64,000 bases of DNA from a virus. The notes under the pieces were generated by a model. It was not told the DNA's origin. It did no database searches and worked only from the letters and a program-made list of their open reading frames with translations. The translations under genes and the position numbers were made by a program. The DNA lies in the IMG/VR virus record IMGVR_UViG_3300032268_001296, positions 32,001 to 96,000 of that record; one strand, given 5' to 3'. This document shows positions 8,418 through 17,947 of the stretch, piece after piece (position 1 is the first letter of the stretch; the number at the start of each line of letters is the position of its first letter).

Positions 8418-10976
8418 TTATTTAACTTCTGAGAGCTTCATATAGATTTTATCTTCAAGCAAGGACAATTTATCGATAATCACGATATCGTTGCTTTTCT
8501 TGCCAATCAAAACAAATACGTCACCCTTCTTGGGAAGCTTCTTTCCAGATTTAATGTATTGAGAGTATTTTGATTCGCGAGCGGAGTCCAAAAACAAACC
8601 AGTGACTCTGCCGCACTCATCGTAAGCTTCGATACGAGCATACTTATTACCATTCAAACTAGTTCTTGCTACAGTATCGCTCACTGTTCCAACAAAGCGA
8701 ACAATGCTATTATTTTCTTGATCAGAAATCGTGCCACTTGACAACAATTCTCCACCAACTTCATGCTTAAAGATCTCTCGAATATTTTGCGAATAGCTAT
8801 ATCCAAGAAGTTTAGATTCAAAATGCCAATTAGCGAATTTTAAGTGCTTGCGGTTTTTTTCGTAAATTTCTTTGTATGGAGAGTATTTCTTTTTAAATGT
8901 TTCAAATCTCTTTTCTGAAAAGATTTTTTTGTTGTCGTCTCCAATCAAAGATTCTTTGACTGCCGCACTGATAGATTCCAGAATATCGAAATCGTATTTT
9001 TCGCCCAAAGAAATAAAATTTCTCTTTTCTCTGTCTGTTAGAGAGTTGAAGGTCTGAGCTTCTAGAACAAGTCGGCATCTATCCTTTTTAACAAAGGCGT
9101 CTAGAACTCCAGCTTGAATCAAAGCAGAAAGAACTCCGATATTTACGCCAACTTGCTTTGCAGCCATGAATACTTCGTATTTATTGGCAAACTCAGATTC
9201 TCTGAACTCCAAAAGAGATTCGAGAACTTTGGTTGAAACTCCTTTGATGGTATTCAATCCATAACGGATATTCTTGCCTTCAATGCAAAAATCAATCTGA
9301 GATTTCGAAAGATCAGGCGGCAAAAGCTTGATATCGAAATAGCTCAACTCTTGAGTAATCTTATGAATTTCTTCGTGAGGATTTGGCTCAAATTGAGCAT
9401 ATTTCAAAAGACTAAGGAAGAATTGTTGTGGATAGTTAAACTTAAGATAAACAGTAATTGCAGCTAGATTAGCGTAAGAAATACTATGGCTCTTATTGAA
9501 TGAATAGTTTGCAGAGTCTTCTGCGACCTTCCAAAGAATATCCGCAATGTTTGGATCAAGCTGGTTCTCAGAAACCTTTTCTCGAATCTTCTGCTGCCAA
9601 GAAGCCATTTGGTCTACCTTCTTCTTGCCAACAATTCGACGAAGCTGTTCCGCTTCATCCAAACTGAAACCGACTTTTGTAGCCATCTTCATCAACTGTT
9701 CTTGGTAAAGGGGAATTCCTCCCGTATAACTTAGAACGTCATCAAAGAAAGGATGGACAGATTGGAACTCTCCATTGCGAGCGTAATCTGCATAGCGATC
9801 CATGAAATCGAGAGCGCCTGGTCTTGCGATAGCAACAACAGCAGAGAGCTGTTCTAGATTCTTAGGAGCAACCTTCTGAGCGACCCTGAAGTTCGTGTCA
9901 GCTTCGATCTGGAATAGTCCGCTTGGAGCTTTGATCGTTTGCAGCGCAGCGTAAATAGTCGGATCATTTACATCAATATCGGAAGCCTTGATTCCAATTT
10001 GCTGGCAAACATCATGAACCACCGAAAGAGTTCGGAGACCAAGAATATCGAACTTTACAGTCAGTTCAGACACATTATTCATGTCGTAACCAGACATTAC
10101 CGCTCCATCGCCTGTGTTTTGCATTGGCATGATTTCATCCATTTTATAATAGCTGATGGCAATACCAGATGGATGAACGCCAGTGTTTTTGGCAAGACCT
10201 TCGATCTTCTTTGCAATATTGAAAATCTTTTTATTTTTTAAAGCAAATGATTTAAAAGCTTCACTTTCTGAAAAAGCTTCTGACAATTTTGCAACTTTGC
10301 CAAACTTCTTTGGAATAGTATCGCTGATTTCATTAACAGAAGATTCTGACATTTCTCCAACAATCTTACCGCACTCTTTAATGCACAGCTTACTGCTTAG
10401 AGTATTTAAAGTGAGAATCTTAGATGTTTTCCCTTTGTACTTTTTATTAATATAATCAATGACTTCCTGACGACGATCATAACTAATATCGTTATCAACG
10501 TCTGGAGCTAGGCTTCCGTCAAGAAACTCTTCTCCGTTAACAATGATTTTTTTAGCTCTGCTTTTAGAAACGAATCTCTCAAAGAATAGATCATACTTGA
10601 TTGGATCGATATTCGTCACTCCAATAACATAAAGCACAAGAGATCCTGCGGCACTGCCTCGACCAGCGCCAGTAGGAATGCCAGTTTCATGACAGAAGTT
10701 TATAACGTCCCAGTTCAATAGAACATAATCAATGAAACCTAATTCATTAAACACACCAAGCTCCATAGAAAGCCTATCGTAGTACTCCTGCTTGTTTGGC
10801 AAAGAATCAATTCCCTTCTGCTTCACTTTCATGAAGCATAGCTTTCGAAGGAACGTAAAATTGCTAATAGTAGAGGAGCATCCAAGCATGTCATAGTATT
10901 TCTGTTCAATGTGAATACTTGGAAGCTTGACTCCAGCTGGAAATGGGTTTTGGTATTCTGCAAATAAATCTTTCAT
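8418..10976 (-). CDS. dnaE: DNA polymerase III alpha catalytic part (lacks PHP domain)
   Basis: GAGRGSAAGSLV, FFERF, PDVDND, GVHPSG, KFDILGL, YSFNKSHS, C-terminal OB fold. Confidence 0.95.
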   Translation of the reverse strand: MKDLFAEYQNPFPAGVKLPSIHIEQKYYDMLGCSSTISNFTFLRKLCFMKVKQKGIDSLPNKQEYYDRLSMELGVFNELGFIDYVLLNWDVINFCHETGIPTGAGRGSAAGSLVLYVIGVTNIDPIKYDLFFERFVSKSRAKKIIVNGEEFLDGSLAPDVDNDISYDRRQEVIDYINKKYKGKTSKILTLNTLSSKLCIKECGKIVGEMSESSVNEISDTIPKKFGKVAKLSEAFSESEAFKSFALKNKKIFNIAKKIEGLAKNTGVHPSGIAISYYKMDEIMPMQNTGDGAVMSGYDMNNVSELTVKFDILGLRTLSVVHDVCQQIGIKASDIDVNDPTIYAALQTIKAPSGLFQIEADTNFRVAQKVAPKNLEQLSAVVAIARPGALDFMDRYADYARNGEFQSVHPFFDDVLSYTGGIPLYQEQLMKMATKVGFSLDEAEQLRRIVGKKKVDQMASWQQKIREKVSENQLDPNIADILWKVAEDSANYSFNKSHSISYANLAAITVYLKFNYPQQFFLSLLKYAQFEPNPHEEIHKITQELSYFDIKLLPPDLSKSQIDFCIEGKNIRYGLNTIKGVSTKVLESLLEFRESEFANKYEVFMAAKQVGVNIGVLSALIQAGVLDAFVKKDRCRLVLEAQTFNSLTDREKRNFISLGEKYDFDILESISAAVKESLIGDDNKKIFSEKRFETFKKKYSPYKEIYEKNRKHLKFANWHFESKLLGYSYSQNIREIFKHEVGGELLSSGTISDQENNSIVRFVGTVSDTVARTSLNGNKYARIEAYDECGRVTGLFLDSARESKYSQYIKSGKKLPKKGDVFVLIGKKSNDIVIIDKLSLLEDKIYMKLSEVK

Positions 10977-11605
10977 ACTTCAATATCGTAAATTTGTTTT
11001 AGGAAAATTTGGAATGTCATTTCGATGTCATACAAAGCATCGTGGAGCTTGTGTGGATCGTGAGGAATATTGTAATGCTTCAACATACTAGCTTGAGAAG
11101 TCTTGAGTCCTTTCTCTTTGTGGTTTAAAAGCTTATACTGCCAAGACAAAAAATTAGATTTGTCTGGAAGAATATTTTTAAAGATTGCTGTTGACAAAGA
11201 CTTTGTATCAATGATGCGATCAAGATATGAGTAGTCACTTTTTCTACCCATCTCTTTTAGCCAAACATTCAACATGTAAACATCAAAGCCCAAAATGTTT
11301 TGACCAATAACAATATAACTAGGATCAAAAAGATATTTAGAAAGATCGCTCCAAACTTTTACTGGATCTTCTGCTCGCCTTTCATATTCATCTTCGGAAA
11401 ATCCAGTGATTTTTGCAGCTCCATCAGAAACTTGCAAACTTTCCCACTTGATAAATCGATCATTTTTACTTGTGATGTTTCTGCCTTCCGCAGTAATCCA
11501 TGCGCATTGCCAAGGACGAGAGCGAACCAAATTTAAGCCTTCTGTCTCACAGTCAATAATGAGATATTTTTGATTTTTTTGAAATCTAAGTAGTTCTTCT
11601 TTCAT
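10973..11605 (-). CDS. DEDDh 3'-5' exonuclease (DnaQ/epsilon-like)
   Basis: IIDCETEG, GQNILGFD, IIDT, HDALYD. Confidence 0.92.
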   Translation of the reverse strand: MKEELLRFQKNQKYLIIDCETEGLNLVRSRPWQCAWITAEGRNITSKNDRFIKWESLQVSDGAAKITGFSEDEYERRAEDPVKVWSDLSKYLFDPSYIVIGQNILGFDVYMLNVWLKEMGRKSDYSYLDRIIDTKSLSTAIFKNILPDKSNFLSWQYKLLNHKEKGLKTSQASMLKHYNIPHDPHKLHDALYDIEMTFQIFLKQIYDIEV

Positions 11606-12345
11606 TGTTCTTCAAATGATTCCCAGCAGAATTCCTCGCTGCCGAAATGGTTTAGGTTGGGGGATGAGAGCGTAGCTTGCTTTCCGAAGCTACGATTACA
11701 AATAGCTTTATAAGTTTGAAGAGCTTCACAGTCAGACCGATACCTATAGTAAATAGATTTTGCCAACTGGACGTTACTATTTCTTATTGAAGCGTAATCT
11801 ACAACAGCCTTTTCAATCATTTCATCGAAAGGTAGACCGTTTCTTTCGACAAAATATACTGGATTAATATCTTGAAAATCTGGAGTGCAGTTTGCTAGAT
11901 AAAGATGATTCCTAAAAATAAAAGAATCATAAAATGGCACAGCCAAAAGCATATTCTGAGTCCACAAGCGACAGAGATCTTCATTTGTCACGACGCCATC
12001 ATATTCAGTATTAATATGGCTGTAAAAGGAATACAGATCTCGACAACCCTGATCATTAAGAGCAAATGCGATAAGCTTGTGATGAGAATCTGAAGAATTC
12101 TTATCTGTGCAGCAAGAGAATCTATAACCAAAAATAAGCTTAAATCCAAGCTCCTTTGCCTTCTTGAAGGCATCAAAGAAGCCGATCATTGAATCTTCTA
12201 CTAGATAGACAGTATCTAGCTTTGCATCTTGCGCTATAGAAAAAATACTATCTGGACCATCATCGCGAACTTTGTCGGGATGGTCCAGAGTCAGAATACT
12301 TTTTCCAATTGAATTGGTAGATTTAAATAGTGGAATCATTCTCAT
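11602..12345 (-). CDS. Stand-alone degenerate PHP domain of PolIII alpha; start moved to ATG 12345
   Basis: PLFKSTNSIGKSIL, AKELGFKLIFGYR, HKLIAFALNDQGCRDL match the DnaE N-terminus but lack the metal-binding His residues. Confidence 0.8.
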   Translation of the reverse strand: MRMIPLFKSTNSIGKSILTLDHPDKVRDDGPDSIFSIAQDAKLDTVYLVEDSMIGFFDAFKKAKELGFKLIFGYRFSCCTDKNSSDSHHKLIAFALNDQGCRDLYSFYSHINTEYDGVVTNEDLCRLWTQNMLLAVPFYDSFIFRNHLYLANCTPDFQDINPVYFVERNGLPFDEMIEKAVVDYASIRNSNVQLAKSIYYRYRSDCEALQTYKAICNRSFGKQATLSSPNLNHFGSEEFCWESFEEQ

Positions 12346-12350
12346 TGAAG

Positions 12351-12378
12351 AGAATACCATAACCACGCCGCAAGTCAA
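12351..12378 (-). promoter_or_regulatory. sigma70-type promoter
   Basis: TTGACT-16-TATTCT with TG extension; 5 nt before ATG 12345. Confidence 0.55.
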
Positions 12379-12395
12379 TCATTAATGCAGGATTT

Positions 12396-13499
12396 TTATT
12401 TTTTAGAAGAATAAGCTTTTTTATTGAATGCTGGGCATCCAGCATAATAACGCTTCTCAAAAGTATGCTTTTCTGGAACTAAAGAAATTTCAAACTCATT
12501 TTCATGATATGATTTTACAAGCTTTCCACTTTCATTTAAAATGGCAATATAATGAAAATCAAACTTCATTGGACAATGCCACATTGGAGTTCCATCTTTC
12601 TTAAGTTGCCCTTTGACTTTTGCGAAACCGCATTGAAGTGGACCGCTAAATGAGTTATCAGATGGAAATGGTTGAGTTGCTGCAAGGTTTCCACAGGAAT
12701 CTTTTTCTGTGAAATTATCAAGATAAGCCTGCATTCCGCTTAACTGATACTCAAATCCAGAAAGATCGTCTTCTGAGATAGGTTGCATTAAAACGACTCC
12801 ACAGCCTTTTTCCCTCTTCTTATCAAGAAGGCTGTTTGCACCATACCTAAGCTTAGCTGATTTTTTATCATCAAGATCAAATTTCAAAAACAAGAATTCA
12901 CTCTGTCTATTTTGATAATCTGGATAAAGATGTTTCACAGCAAGACTATACATGTAGTCTTGAAGATTATCAGAAATTTCCTTACCTTTAAAGACTTGCT
13001 TGCTGCTTTTAAAGTCTCGAATCAAAGCAAACTTGTTTTCTTTATACAAGAACAGCTTATCAATGAACCCTTTGATTTTGTACTTAATCCCCTCATCCTC
13101 TGAAACATGAACGATTTCGAAATCTTTTTCTGAAATAGCTTCTGTTGGGATATTAGAGTTTTCTCCATAGAAATCATATTCTAGACCATTTAAGGTCATT
13201 TCCTTGATCATCTCAATATTCTCTTCATCATCTACGCCAGATTTTTTTGCGTGTTTTAAAACCAAGCGCTTCACAGACTCAACGGCAAAGATATCTTCTT
13301 CTTCAATAATTTTTTGGTATGTCTTCTTTCGACGAGGCTCGCCCAACAATTCAAAAACTAAGTGACAGATTGATCCTCTCTTAGCTCCATCGTTTGATGA
13401 ATCAGGCAGGCTCAATTTATACTTTGCCCAATACAACCAACTACAAGATTGAGCGGTTTTGATTCTACTGGCAGACAAAGGTGTTTCTGGATTACTCAT
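12396..13499 (-). CDS. PD-(D/E)XK exonuclease, RecB/AddB/Cas4-like
   Basis: LSASRIKTAQSC, GSICHLVFE, GFIDKL...IRDFKSSK, QDYMY; one N-terminal plus three C-terminal Cys (possible Fe-S cluster). Confidence 0.85.
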   Translation of the reverse strand: MSNPETPLSASRIKTAQSCSWLYWAKYKLSLPDSSNDGAKRGSICHLVFELLGEPRRKKTYQKIIEEEDIFAVESVKRLVLKHAKKSGVDDEENIEMIKEMTLNGLEYDFYGENSNIPTEAISEKDFEIVHVSEDEGIKYKIKGFIDKLFLYKENKFALIRDFKSSKQVFKGKEISDNLQDYMYSLAVKHLYPDYQNRQSEFLFLKFDLDDKKSAKLRYGANSLLDKKREKGCGVVLMQPISEDDLSGFEYQLSGMQAYLDNFTEKDSCGNLAATQPFPSDNSFSGPLQCGFAKVKGQLKKDGTPMWHCPMKFDFHYIAILNESGKLVKSYHENEFEISLVPEKHTFEKRYYAGCPAFNKKAYSSKK

Positions 13500-14568
13500 A
13501 ATTTTCGATTAGTTTGATCAAAGAAGCAGCCTCTTTCTGTTTAAAAAAGTTCATGTATTTTTTAACATACGAATGAAGATTTTGAAGATAATTCTTTTTA
13601 TCAGTTTCTGTATTATACCAAGATTTAAGATCTTCTCCACTTTGATAAGCATCAGATAGATCATTAAATCCTTCTGGCGGCATTCGGATCTCCAAACAAT
13701 CAAAGTCAAAATAAGGACGAAGAGACATCAAAATCTTAACCGCTCCTTTGTATCCATGATTTGTGGAAGAATGAAAATCGTTATTTGTAGAAATAATAAT
13801 CTTCTTGATTGGCATGGAATTTAGATAAGCAATAATTGAAGAGCTGCATCCAATTCCAAAAGTAACAATATTATTTTTAACTCCAGATTCAAAAAGAGCC
13901 ATGCTATCTCCGATACTTTCCACAAGAACAACTTCTTGCTTTTCTTTAATCACAGAATCAATAGAAGATTCGTTTGGAATATAAGCTGGATATACCCAGT
14001 TCTTTCTCTTCCCAAGATGCTTCCACTTTGGAGAAAGTTCATTTCCTTCGTCAATTTTACGACCACTAAACCCAATAATTTGGGAATGCTCATTGTATAT
14101 AGGAAATACCATTCTTCGATACATTTTTCCAGCACCAGCAAGTCCAGTTTTGTAGAACTTCAAAGTGTCTTCTGAGAAGCCCTTTTTGGTGTAAAAGTTA
14201 TAATTTGGGAAAAGTTTTTGAAGGATTTCTTTTGGGTATATTTCTTCCATTTCGATAGTTTCTTTTTTAATGTAAACAAATTCATCGGACTTCTTCAAAG
14301 AAGCTGTGATTTCATTGATCTTTTTCTTATCCGAACCAATAGTAAGTTGCAGTAGCTTTTCGAAAGGAAGAGATTTTCCTCCATTTACGAAATCAGTCCA
14401 GACTCCAGTATTTTTATAGATACGAATCGACATTCTATTGTCGCCGCCTCTATACAAAGCATTGGTTCTCCAATGATTTCCAAAATCAACCAGAGTATAT
14501 CCAATTGTTTCTAGAGTAGATTGGATTTGAGATGGATCAACCGAAGTCTGGGATTGAGTCGTTGTCAT
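13492..14568 (-). CDS. dnaG: DNA primase (TOPRIM)
   Basis: RMVFPIYN...IIGFSGR, PKWKH, VVLVESIGD, NDLSD. Confidence 0.85.
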   Translation of the reverse strand: MTTTQSQTSVDPSQIQSTLETIGYTLVDFGNHWRTNALYRGGDNRMSIRIYKNTGVWTDFVNGGKSLPFEKLLQLTIGSDKKKINEITASLKKSDEFVYIKKETIEMEEIYPKEILQKLFPNYNFYTKKGFSEDTLKFYKTGLAGAGKMYRRMVFPIYNEHSQIIGFSGRKIDEGNELSPKWKHLGKRKNWVYPAYIPNESSIDSVIKEKQEVVLVESIGDSMALFESGVKNNIVTFGIGCSSSIIAYLNSMPIKKIIISTNNDFHSSTNHGYKGAVKILMSLRPYFDFDCLEIRMPPEGFNDLSDAYQSGEDLKSWYNTETDKKNYLQNLHSYVKKYMNFFKQKEAASLIKLIENYE

Positions 14569-16045
14569 TTTCGTCTAGTTCCAAGCGTCCTTCTGCAAGA
14601 GCAGCAATATCTCGAAGATCTCCTCTTTCTGTAATACAGAAGTTTTTGAATTCAAGATTGATAAAATTCTTTCTAAGAGTATCGCCAATCTGAACTGGTT
14701 CAACTGCTCCAGCAATATCTTTTCCAAGATGTCGAGCTTTTACGTTGATAAATTTATGAGTTCCAAAGCTGCGACCTTCGATCTCAATTTCATCAGCTGT
14801 TTTATTTCTCAAGATAAACATGTGGGAGCAGAACTGAGTGATTCTGTCAGAAAGAGAGACGATGCTTTCATCGTCAACAATATTTTGAGACTGACGATTA
14901 TTTGTAATACCGCTTCTGTTAGATTGAACAGAAGTAATCATTGGAATAACTGGATTTCCATCATGAAGAATTTCTTTTTGGATACACTTCTTGAATTTAT
15001 CAACCATTTCGCCAACGATCTGCCATTCGTTCTTTCCTCCAGAAGCTTCTGATGTAGTTTTGATATAGTCGAAAGAAAAGATCATTTGATTGCCTCTGCC
15101 GACTTTACCGTAGTAAAACCTCTTAAGAGTTTTAATCATAGAATCTACATCCATACCGCCAACATTGTAGTAATAGAATTTCATAGACTTGATCTTTGGC
15201 CAAGCTTCACGAACTTTGTTTACCACATCTTGACCAGCTCTGCGCCAATCTCCAGTTTCGAGCAAATGCATGGGAACACCAGTAATGGCAGCGCATTGAC
15301 GCATGATAAGTTCTTCTTTGCTCATTTCTCCATTATCAAAATGAAGAACGGGAACACCATATTTAATGCCGACCTTAGTGCTATAATCCATGCACCACTG
15401 AGTCTTACCAACACCAGAACGAGCAACAACAACTGTGATGTTGCCAGGTCTAAGCAAAGAACCATAAATCTGATTGATCTTTTCATGCGGACCCATCATC
15501 CCGAATTCTTTAATCGGATTGTTTCCGCGCTCCTCAATCATAGCCTCCATCTCATCATAGATGTTTTCTGGAGTGTCATTGCCAATTTCGTATAGATTAA
15601 TACGAGAATTATAAACATTGTCTGCTTGCTCAATAATTTGAGAATAAGGAGTTTCTGGAGAAACCGACTTCATCTTTTTCGCAATTTCCTGAGCAGACTC
15701 AAAAATCTCGCGCCTAATCGTAAACTTCTTCAACTCTTTAGCAGTTTTGATCAAGTTGCCTTTTGGAACTTTTCTCAAAGCGAGAGAGCGAATATAATCT
15801 GATGGATTAACTCGATCCTCAAAAGACAAACCCAAAGTGCTAATTCTTTGAGCGATAATGACTTCATCGATCTGCTCCCCAGAATCAATAGATTGCTTCA
15901 CAATCGTAAAGATTGTGCTGTGAAGATTAGAATCTTCTGAATAAAAGTCTTTCGAGCTAATAAAATTAGAAATTTCAGAGTAGCTTTCTGGCTCTTTAAT
16001 CAAAGCCGCAAGAAGTTGTTTTTCTAACTCAAGATTATATATCAT
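14537..16045 (-). CDS. dnaB: Replicative DNA helicase; start likely ATG 16045
   Basis: ELEKQLLAALI N-domain, ARSGVGKT, EMSKEEL, FDYIK, VQSNR, KARH. Confidence 0.92.
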   Translation of the reverse strand: MIYNLELEKQLLAALIKEPESYSEISNFISSKDFYSEDSNLHSTIFTIVKQSIDSGEQIDEVIIAQRISTLGLSFEDRVNPSDYIRSLALRKVPKGNLIKTAKELKKFTIRREIFESAQEIAKKMKSVSPETPYSQIIEQADNVYNSRINLYEIGNDTPENIYDEMEAMIEERGNNPIKEFGMMGPHEKINQIYGSLLRPGNITVVVARSGVGKTQWCMDYSTKVGIKYGVPVLHFDNGEMSKEELIMRQCAAITGVPMHLLETGDWRRAGQDVVNKVREAWPKIKSMKFYYYNVGGMDVDSMIKTLKRFYYGKVGRGNQMIFSFDYIKTTSEASGGKNEWQIVGEMVDKFKKCIQKEILHDGNPVIPMITSVQSNRSGITNNRQSQNIVDDESIVSLSDRITQFCSHMFILRNKTADEIEIEGRSFGTHKFINVKARHLGKDIAGAVEPVQIGDTLRKNFINLEFKNFCITERGDLRDIAALAEGRLELDENDNDSIPDFG

Positions 16046-16050
16046 ATCCA

Positions 16051-16078
16051 ATTATTGCTATGTATTTCGAAAAGTCAA
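16051..16078 (-). promoter_or_regulatory. sigma70-type promoter
   Basis: TTGACT-16-AATAAT; 5 nt before ATG 16045. Confidence 0.5.
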
Positions 16079-16079
16079 T

Positions 16080-16487
16080 CTACAAAATCACCCCAAACGA
16101 CTCAAAAAGCTCAGCACAAATTTTATCGCTTGGATAAATCTCCACGAGATTGATATTATTTATTTGGCAAAATCTGAGTTTTTTATCGTCTCGCTTTAAC
16201 TGCTCAAGATACTTCATTCGATTTCCATGAAAGAATTTAACATATTTAGTATGCTGAGCGCCCTGCACTTCAATTGCAACTTTTTTGCTTGCGTTGTAAA
16301 AGTCAAAAGAAAGCCGAGTTCCGACTAATTTGAATTCCTCAAAAACAATATCAGATCTCCAGTAAGGATATAAAAAATCCTTAACAGAGAACTGAAACTT
16401 GCTCTTACTTTCCGCTTCCCATTTTACCAAATACTTCCTTGCATTTCTAAGCTCAGCTGTCGATCCAGAAAGAGTTTTAAACTTCAT
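16080..16487 (-). CDS. Vsr/DUF559-like PD-(D/E)XK endonuclease
   Basis: LSFDFY...VAIEVQGAQH...QLKRDDKK...C...INLVEI. Confidence 0.75.
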   Translation of the reverse strand: MKFKTLSGSTAELRNARKYLVKWEAESKSKFQFSVKDFLYPYWRSDIVFEEFKLVGTRLSFDFYNASKKVAIEVQGAQHTKYVKFFHGNRMKYLEQLKRDDKKLRFCQINNINLVEIYPSDKICAELFESFGVIL

Positions 16488-17610
16488 TAGAAATTGTTTT
16501 TTTAAAGTAATTAGTCAAGAAATCACAGAGCTTTTTGTCTGACTCGATAAAGCTGAAAAGAGCGTCTTGACCTTGGATCTTTTCAAACGGAGGGAATCCA
16601 TTTTCTTGCAGAAGCTCATTAAACTCTTCTGTCGGAGAAATCCAAGAAGTCTTTTTGGTCAAAAATTCCCAAAGGAACAGCAAATCAACAATTTCTTTTT
16701 CCACCCAAATAGAGCTTCCATTTGTTCTTCCATATTTAATTGGATAGGGAATTGTTAGATTTGTTTTTTCGTTTGGTGATTTTTTGACAGTGACTTTTGC
16801 AAAGTGTCCAACAATTGGATTGTTCACCAAATCGATTTTGTTTTCAGCTGGATTTTTAAGAATCAAATCTCCCTTGTTTCTCGGTTCAAATTCAAGAATC
16901 CAGTTGGCAAAGTGAAGAAGCGCGTTTCCTCCTGTTGCAGAAGTTTGACGAATAGGAGCTTTTGAATATGGATCTAGCTTAATATCCGCTCGAACTTGAC
17001 TAATGAATACAGCAATATGCCCACGCTTTGCCAAACCAATAGAAAGACGCTTCATGAAGTTTGCAGCAATTACAGCTCCTCCAGCAACCTTATTTGAATC
17101 TTCAAAGCTTTTGTCTAAGTCCCCTTTGGAAATGAGACCGTCAACAGAATCGAGAAGGAAATAATAAACATTTCCTTCTTCGTTTTTTGCAACCAATTGT
17201 CTCATTACATCGACAACTGTTTCATAAATATTGCTTTCAAATACGAAGCAAGTTCCTTGTTCCCATTCATCTGCACTAAAAACAAACTTGATTCCAGATC
17301 GCTCCTGCATTTCTTGAGAAAGCCGACCTTCTGCTTTAATATAAAAGCCTTTTGCTTTTGGAGTCTTTTCTAAGAAATTTTTCATAAAGGAAAGAGCTGC
17401 ACTTGTCTTGCCTCCCTCATTCATTCCAACAAATCTATGCAGACCTGGCCCAAGACCACCTCCTAAATGAAGATCTAATTGAAGAGAACCGCTAGAGACT
17501 TTGTAGTCAATGGCTTCTTCAAAATTGTAGTGATCTGTAGCGTTTTGCTTTAAAAACGAATTTAAAATATCGCTTGACTTCTGGACTTCTTTTTCTTTGG
17601 CTTTACTCAT
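16477..17610 (-). CDS. recA: RecA/UvsX-family recombinase
   Basis: SSGSLQLDLHLGGG, GMNEGGKT, LLDSVDGL, FISQVR, TGGNALLH. Confidence 0.9.
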   Translation of the reverse strand: MSKAKEKEVQKSSDILNSFLKQNATDHYNFEEAIDYKVSSGSLQLDLHLGGGLGPGLHRFVGMNEGGKTSAALSFMKNFLEKTPKAKGFYIKAEGRLSQEMQERSGIKFVFSADEWEQGTCFVFESNIYETVVDVMRQLVAKNEEGNVYYFLLDSVDGLISKGDLDKSFEDSNKVAGGAVIAANFMKRLSIGLAKRGHIAVFISQVRADIKLDPYSKAPIRQTSATGGNALLHFANWILEFEPRNKGDLILKNPAENKIDLVNNPIVGHFAKVTVKKSPNEKTNLTIPYPIKYGRTNGSSIWVEKEIVDLLFLWEFLTKKTSWISPTEEFNELLQENGFPPFEKIQGQDALFSFIESDKKLCDFLTNYFKKTISNEV

Positions 17611-17947
17611 GTAAAAAATCTTTAATTGTTTTAGTTAATTTGGGAACATGACAGTCATCCCCAACCTTATCACCTAGATGATAATCTTCATACTTAGAAA
17701 GATCAACACAATAATTAAAAGCTCTGAATTTTTGATCCATAGTTTCTTTTAGTTTATCGCATGCTATATAAGCCAAAGAATCAAACTTTCTGTCAAAAGA
17801 AACGATATTCATAAACTCAAGAGAATACCTTTCGCATAGATCATTTAAAAACTTCATTTCTCGCATATAAAACAAACGCTTGTCCTTTTGAGGAACAAGC
17901 GTAAGTCTGGCAAGTATGTGTTTTTTGTTGATTTTAGACTTGGCCAT
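17603..17947 (-). CDS. Hypothetical protein
   Basis: ORF overlapping both neighbours in the operon. Confidence 0.65.
   Translation of the reverse strand: MAKSKINKKHILARLTLVPQKDKRLFYMREMKFLNDLCERYSLEFMNIVSFDRKFDSLAYIACDKLKETMDQKFRAFNYCVDLSKYEDYHLGDKVGDDCHVPKLTKTIKDFLHE

Noticed and set aside
12396-13499. Cas4 as evidence of a CRISPR system
   Set aside because: Solo nuclease inside the replication operon; no array or other cas genes
8418-16045. Inteins or split inteins in DnaE and DnaB
   Set aside because: No C/S...HN-C/S/T splice motifs seen; protein lengths are normal
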